This document shows positions 57,763-64,000 of a DNA stretch of 64,000 bases, one piece after another (positions within the stretch are counted from its first letter, which is position 1; each line of letters starts with the position of its first letter). The notes beneath the pieces were generated by a model. The model worked only from the letters and a program-made list of their open reading frames with translations, made no database searches and was not told where the DNA came from. The DNA comes from Squalus acanthias (lineage: Eukaryota): the NCBI GenBank assembly GCA_030390025.1, contig CM059432.1, forward strand, positions 153,884,001 through 153,948,000, in the 5' to 3' direction. Position numbers and translations under genes: made by a program.

Positions 57763-57939
57763 GGGGTAGATTTTTGACTTTGTGTGATGTTGTAAAACGG
57801 GTGATGGCAAATCGGGGGCCTGTTTTACATCATCTCTCCCATCGATTTCAATGTAAATAAAAATGGGGCGAGATGTAAAACAGCCTGCCGACTCACTATC
57901 ACCCGCTTCACACTATGGCACAGTGTCAAGATCTACCCC
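57763..57939. mobile_element. Harbinger-like fold-back MITE, 177 bp
   Basis: TIRs GGGGTAGATTTTTGAC / GTCAAGATCTACCCC; 3-bp TSD ACT on both sides; internal imperfect palindrome. Confidence 0.72.
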
Positions 57940-58054
57940 ACTGCTTCAAAGGGCACAGGCAACGAGGGAGAGAAAATAAAAAAAGAAAAGTGAGAGTGAT
58001 AGTGGCCGTTGTGTGTATCACTTCTGTTCACGAGCCTCCTCTCCCCTGACACAC

Positions 58055-58412
58055 CAGTGCAGTGCTGAGGGAGTGCTGCAGTGTCGGAGGTGCCGTCTTT
58101 CGGATGAGACGTTAAACCAAGGCCCCATCTGCTCTCTCAGGTGGACGTAAAAGATCCCAAGGCACTATTTCGAAGAAGAGCAGGGGAGTTATCCCCGGCG
58201 TCCTGGCCAATATTTATCCCTCAATCCACATCACAAAAACAGATTATCTGGTCGTTATCACATTGCTGTTTGTGGGAGCTTGCTGTGTGCAAATTGGCTG
58301 CCGCGTTTCCCACATTACAACACTGACTACACTCCAAAAGTACTTCATTGGCTGTAAAACGCTTTGAGATGTCCGGTGGTCGTGAAAGGCGCTATATAAA
58401 TGCAAGTCTTTT
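58055..58412 (+). mobile_element. SacSINE1/DeuSINE-like SINE, 5'-truncated
   Basis: Homologous to 4885-5335; other copies at about 3925-4170(+), 10660-10965(-), 47140-47390(-) and 50185-50500(+). Confidence 0.85.
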
Positions 58413-58763
58413 TTATAAACCACTGGTGCCCAGGGTTGCACAGAAACCATTGCTACTGTAATAGCTTCTGGATCCCACTGAAGTCAATAAAACTGATTAC
58501 CGAGTGGATTCCTACCCCCTTTTTTCTCTGGTCCTCTCATGTGCTATATCTCTCTGTACAAAATTCATCCATCTCTCCCAGCTCCCCTAATCTTTCAGAT
58601 TGAATCTCTCAGTCTCTGCACAAAAAGTCTAATATTTACCTGAATATCACTCCAAGTATCATCACCAAATTCACAATCCACCATGTATAATCGCCTTGGT
58701 ACATCATTACAACCTACTGTAGCTCGCCTTGCAGCGGACTTCCAGCTCCGAGTTGCATCTGCA

Positions 58764-58913
58764 GCCACAGAGAACAATTTCATGAAGGGATACCGCAAGT
58801 TGGCTAAGGAATACCATCCAGATAAAAATCCAAATGCTGGAGACACGTTTAAAGAAATAAGCTTTGCATGTGAAGTTTTATCAAATCCAGAGAAGTGAGA
58901 ACTTTATGATCGG
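58764..58913 (+). pseudogene. DNAJA2: DNAJA2-like J-domain pseudogene fragment
   Basis: [49 protein letters not shown] resembles DNAJA2 ...[41 protein letters not shown]; the in-frame TGA replaces an Arg (likely CGA>TGA). Confidence 0.88.
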
Positions 58914-59026
58914 GCGGCCCCTCACTCCTTCCCTTATCACCCTCACACTGATATATTTACTCACTGAACTCTTCGACTCCGAATCTCTGTGACTGCGTGC
59001 TGCCTGCCTCAGGTTGGTCTTTGACT

Positions 59027-59161
59027 GTCACGTGACCACGGAGATCTGGTCCTCGCCCAGAAGTCTTTTTTTGGTTGGCTATCTTTTTTTTCGCCCCTTC
59101 CTCCTATTGGCCCCGGTAACTAATAGTTTCAATGCTCGCACGGGGTCAGTAGGATTCCAAT
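59027..59161. promoter_or_regulatory. Cluster of promoter-type motifs: palindromic E-box GTCACGTGAC (59027-59036), ATTGG (59106-59110), CCAAT (59157-59161)
   Basis: Motifs read directly from the sequence, next to a GC/CpG-richer patch at about 59300-59830. Confidence 0.35.
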
Positions 59162-60359
59162 CTGAAGCCGTTTCCAGTGCAGCAGCGCGGCACGGTTCAA
59201 AATCCTCCCTTTACTTGAACAGAGTGACTCCATATTCACCCCACACCCCCAAACCCACCCCGATACCCACTCTACACCCCCAAAATGATCATTAGTCCCA
59301 GTTGCACTCCTCACCTTTCAGCCCCAGGGCCCAGTTTCCCCGCCTCAGTCAATCCCCGACCATCCATTTACCTTCAATGCCAGGTCGGGCTCTAGCACAC
59401 TGTTCACGTTCTCAGCAAGCTCCCCGTACAGCTCTGGGGCGAAGATGCTCAGCAGGTCACCGGCTCAGGGCTCAATGCTGGCCAACAGCGAGCTGGCAGA
59501 GCGCAGCAGACGGGCGGCGACTCACAGCTGGAAGTCAAACCCGACCCCTGTCTGGCGGCGCCTTTCATCATCGCTGCTGTGCCAGAGGGCAGAGGCTCAG
59601 CTCCTGGTGCCCGTCCTGCCCCAGCCGTGAAACCTGTGGCACCTCGAGCAGGCTCGGCCGCCAGCGCCGACATGATCCGGGACCCTTCCTGGGGTGGGGG
59701 TCCAAGCGCGCTTCACCCCTTTACGGGTTTTAAAGTGAATAAAAATCCGCCAGTACAAAATCGAGACCCGCTCCCCTGGCGGCAGTTTCAAGGCCCCCCC
59801 TTTTCAAAGTCGCAGGACGCATGTGTGGCTTGGAAGAGGCTGAAGTTGCTGAATACAAATTCACGTCATTAAACTGTGGAAAATCATAACTTTTTACAGT
59901 TGACTTGTGAGATCACGAGTTGGGGCAATTTTTTAATTAAAAATCGCATGTCTCGCAAGAGTTGACATTACTGAAGTTGTGAAAATGGATTCAATAAATC
60001 TGAAGAGTGATCCTGCTTTTATTTAATAGAATTGGTCAGCAGCATTGTACTAGACAAAATTAAAACAATGTTTCTCTCCTTTATGTAGAGCTCGCTCTCA
60101 CATTTTCCTCGATCTCATAGAATTATATAGAAGGTGCAGGACAGAAACAGGCCATTTGGCACATCTGGTCCATGCTGGTGTTTATGCTCCACACGAGCCT
60201 CCTCCCACCCTCTTCATCTAATTCGATCAGCATATCCTTCTCTTCCCTTCTCCCTCATTTGTTTATCTAGCTTCCCCTTAAATGCATCTATTCTATTCAC
60301 CTCAACTACTCCTTCAGGTAGTGACTTCCACATTCTAACCACTGGTTCTATCTCTGCCA

Positions 60360-62800
60360 GTCATACACTCATTGAAAATACTACACTTGGGTGTAGAGAT
60401 CATATCCTACCGATTAGCCCATTGTTTAATACGGTGGGTTAAGTGCATTAAATTGCGCAGTCTGCTAACAACACAAAGGGTTTTGAAAAAAAAAGCATTG
60501 TATTCTTTCAGGCATGCCTGGAATATACAGTGAGGCCATCTCTTATGATGTCATTCATTAACTCATGGATGAAAACATTGAATAAAATGGGCAACAGGCG
60601 ACAACTTTGTGTCTCTCTTTTGAGAGAGCTAGGTTCAGTGGGTCTTCCATGGATTTGGAGCTGGAGTTATTATCCCTGATAAAATCCATGATTGATAATT
60701 TATTCCTATACATTCCAACTCGTGTATCTTGAGGCACAAGATGGAACACATTTGGAGGGGAGGGGGAGAGACACCAGTCACTGAAAGCAAACATGAAGGT
60801 GCAGCAAGCAATTAGGAAGGCAAATGGTATGTTGGCCTTCATTGCAAGAAGATTTGAGTACAGGAGCAAGGATGTCTTACTACAGTTATACAGGGCCTTG
60901 GTGAGACCATACCTGGAGTACTGTGTGTAGTTTTGGTTTCCTTACCTAAGAAAGGATATACTTGCCATAGAGGGAGTGCAGCGAAGGTTCACCAGACTGA
61001 TTCCTGGGATGGCAGGACTGTCGTATGAGGAGAGATTGGGTCGACTAGGCCTGTATTCACTAGAGTTTAGAAGAATGAGAGGGGATCTCATTGAAACGTA
61101 TAAAATTCTGACAGGGCTAGACAGACTGGATGCAAGGAGGATGTTTCCCCTGGCTGGGGGTTCTAGAACGAGGGGTCACAGTCTCAAGATACGGGGTAGG
61201 TCATTTAGGACTGAGATGAGGAGAAATTTCTTCACTCAGAGGGTGGTGAACCTGTGGAATTCTCTACCACAGAAGACTGTGGAGGCCAAGTCACTGAATA
61301 TATTTAAGAAGGAGATAGATAGATTTCTAGACACAAAAGGCATCAAGGGGTATGGGGAGAGAGCAGAAATATGGTATTGAGATAGAGGATCAGCCATGAT
61401 CATATTGAATGGAGGAACAGACTCAAAGGGCCGAATGGCCTACTCCTGCTCCTATTTTTCTATGTTTCTATGTACAGTAGCTTTCAGGAGTTCGGCATGT
61501 ATACCATCCAAGGCTGCTGTACTCCAGTTAGCTAGGTGACCCAGTATAGCTCAATGGCTATACACTATGCTAACTGTGTAGGACACTTCTTCAGTTTTTC
61601 TAATCTCAATGCAAATAGGTCCTATCTGTGGCCAATTGTGACTCGTCCTTTCTCCAAATCTTCAGGATGCCCTCACTAGTTTGTTGGAGTGCACCAGACT
61701 TGATTAGTCATTGGTTGTAGTCCAGAGGAATGCCTTCGACCATGAATGATGACAGGTTTTAGCCAGTAGAAAAGCAATTAGGTTCACTTTAGTGTAATTG
61801 TGCACCTTGCAGATAAATGCAACCTCCGATCCAGTTTCATCTCCATAATGACCCTCCTGGCCCCACAGTCTGGTACATCATAATCTACCTTTGCAGTAGT
61901 TCTTGATTGCTCTAAAGAGGCTTCAAGTACCATTTAATAGAACCTTTATTTTCATCCAAAAATAACCTTCCTTTTGCAGTTACCTTAAAAAGGACACTGC
62001 TAATGGAACAGCAGCTAGCAGACTCTCGCTGAATTTTGACTTTGGCTACAGCGGCAATGAATTCATTAACCAAACTATTTGCTGTCGATTTCACCCTCTC
62101 AGTAGTCACACAGACCAAGTTCCAGACTTCGTGGTTGGCAATATCCTTCATGTGATTGAGCACTTTGGTGCAATCACTGAGGTGTCATAAGCCACTTCAA
62201 TTTGACAGGCACCCTTTGTAACGAGGCAGCAAAGAGCTGCCCTTTTGACAAAAAAGGGAATTTGCCAGTCGTCTGAGGATTTGCAGTATTGAAAAGAGCA
62301 ATTGGAAAGCTCAGGACATGCCAAACGATTCACACTGATGACTGGTTGCTGTGTTCTGAACCCTCTGCCAACGCCACATAATTGATGAACCTCAGAAAGG
62401 AATGAAGGAGCAGCTCTACAGGAAGGATTGAGATTGCCTTTGAAGCTGCTGGCCTGACACATTCCAATCACCCATAAGGAGCAATGGTTAGTCAGCAAAC
62501 CATTCTGCAAGGCCATCTAGCGATATACCTATGCTGTTTGAGTCCTCTGTTGCTTAGCATCATATAGCTGCTAAGGTATATACAAGGATCTCACAAGCCA
62601 AGGCCTCAAACACTTAAAAGATGTCTTTGCCCAAATGAGGAGAGACTAGGGCACCCCAACTTCCACTGCAAATAGGTCCCAGGGAACGATCAGAGGCATT
62701 CTCCAGGCTCTGTTTGTATCCGGCTCCAGAGGCATTTTTACTTGGCACCTATGGAACTGCAGGCAATGATCTGTGATCATTCTACACAGTCTATTCATGG
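60360..62800 (-). mobile_element. Ancient non-CR1 LINE ORF2 fossil (APE + RT), split by the CR1 at 60770-61475
   Basis: Minus-strand translation by hand gives LVYIP (about 62580), PLLLMGDWN (about 62470), ALDGIHAELLKA (about 61500) and QSCRLLPILFNVFIHELM (about 60590). Confidence 0.6.
60770..61475 (+). mobile_element. CR1 3' fragment (same subfamily as 37865-38765)
   Basis: QRRFTRLIPGMAGLSYEERL...WNSLPQK and the (TTCTATG)-type tail. Confidence 0.92.
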
Positions 62801-63392
62801 GGAAGGAATTTCTGATCTCAGGTCTCTTATAGCTCAAGGAATTGGCATTCCAGCTGGCAAAAAGACTAGCCCTTTGAGAGGGATCTTTTCACTTGCGAGA
62901 TGGAGTAATCTCTCACGCAGTTAGTTCAAGGATGTTGACCATTGTAGCATTCAGATGAACATGTGTGCCACTCAGACATGAGGCAAATAGCATTAAGCAT
63001 ATTGAGCAGGCAAATTTCTACCCCCACTCTAGCCCATATATCAAACTGAACTCGAGGGGTGCTGGTTCTAGACAACAGCAACAAATGATAGAGTTCATGT
63101 CAAGCTCTTCATCAGGGTCCTTCTTAAGACACCCAGAGTCAGGTCCCTCACCTTTGAACCAGTTGCAGCCATGTGACCACACACATAGATCCTGGCACCA
63201 CTATCCAACCCAGCCAACAGCTCACCTGTCTAAAAAATTGCAAAGTATAGCCCGCTGTTCCATGCAAGGCGAGGTTTCAGGACCACACTTTTTGTTGCTT
63301 CTTAACTGCTGCATTCATCAGCTGATTGTCCTCATCCTTGTCAGATCGCCCATTTGCCTCAGAGCAAGTGTGCTCCTTTGCGAAGAGGGTTT

Positions 63393-63720
63393 GGGGTAAA
63401 AATTCACTTGGTTGCGCCTCCCGTTAGCGCCTTAAGAGGGCGCTAATGGGGCGCAAAGCCGCTAACGCCCGGGCGCAGCGATGTTTGCGCCGCTCGAGAA
63501 CTTAACTTGAGATTGTGCGGCGGCGCTAAAACTTACCGCTGCAACCACCTGCGCGCGCAGATTGTGACGTCATTCCATGGTGCAACGCCCTTGGGGCGCC
63601 CCGTAGCGGAAATTGAGTGGCGCCCCCTGCCTTACCGCCTGGCGCTTCCAACGACCAGAAGACTGGAACGCTATCAATCGCTGTGGGGCTGGGGGGGGCG
63701 CTATTTAAAGGGGGCCTCTT
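63393..63720. repeat. CpG-rich interspersed repeat starting GGGGTAAAAATT, probably Harbinger-derived
   Basis: The start resembles the GGGG-type TIRs at 23870 and 57763, with internal palindrome TTAGCGCC...GGCGCTAA; no matching right TIR found. Confidence 0.4.
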
Positions 63721-64000
63721 CCTGTCTTTTATTGTTGGTGGCATTTTTGAACTACGCATTCTGAGAGAGAGAGAGGGAGAGACTTCTGGAGAGATTCAAC
63801 GTTGTGTGAAGGAGTTTTGGGTACTGAGCAGCACTTTGCAGGTTCATTTTGATTTGCCATTCCTTGTATCGATTTAGCAGAGACTGTGGGAGCTGCACTC
63901 TGAGCTCTTTGCCTGGTACTTTCCATTGTTCTTTCCAGCACATTTGATGTGCAAGTCTCTCCAGGCCGAGATTCAAGGCAGCAATGAACAGGATGTGGAT

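Overview
Vertebrate genomic DNA, most likely from a cartilaginous fish (shark), judging by its repeat families: an HE1-type V-SINE, SacSINE1/DeuSINE-like SINEs, CR1/L2 LINEs and Penelope-type pLTR remnants. One protein-coding gene, CDK13, occupies most of the window on the minus strand. I traced coding exons 1-12 by hand from the ATG at 56646 down to 11590. All introns are GT-AG, the phases join into one 2995-nt frame, and the kinase domain is complete ([36 protein letters not shown]). The last exons were not found and probably lie left of the window. Exon 1 sits in a CpG island whose putative 5' leader has a 25-bp minisatellite, two uORFs and a YY1 motif. The rest is a dense patchwork of transposon remnants. 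Items worth a second look are a perfect 98-bp-arm palindromic insertion with a 13-bp TSD and hammerhead-ribozyme cores, a second intronic hammerhead core in the pre-mRNA sense, an isolated DNAJA2 J-domain retro-fragment inside a possible composite TIR element upstream of the promoter, and inverted CR1 pairs flanking kinase exons. I found no convincing wholly new biological system; these leads are extensions of known phenomena.
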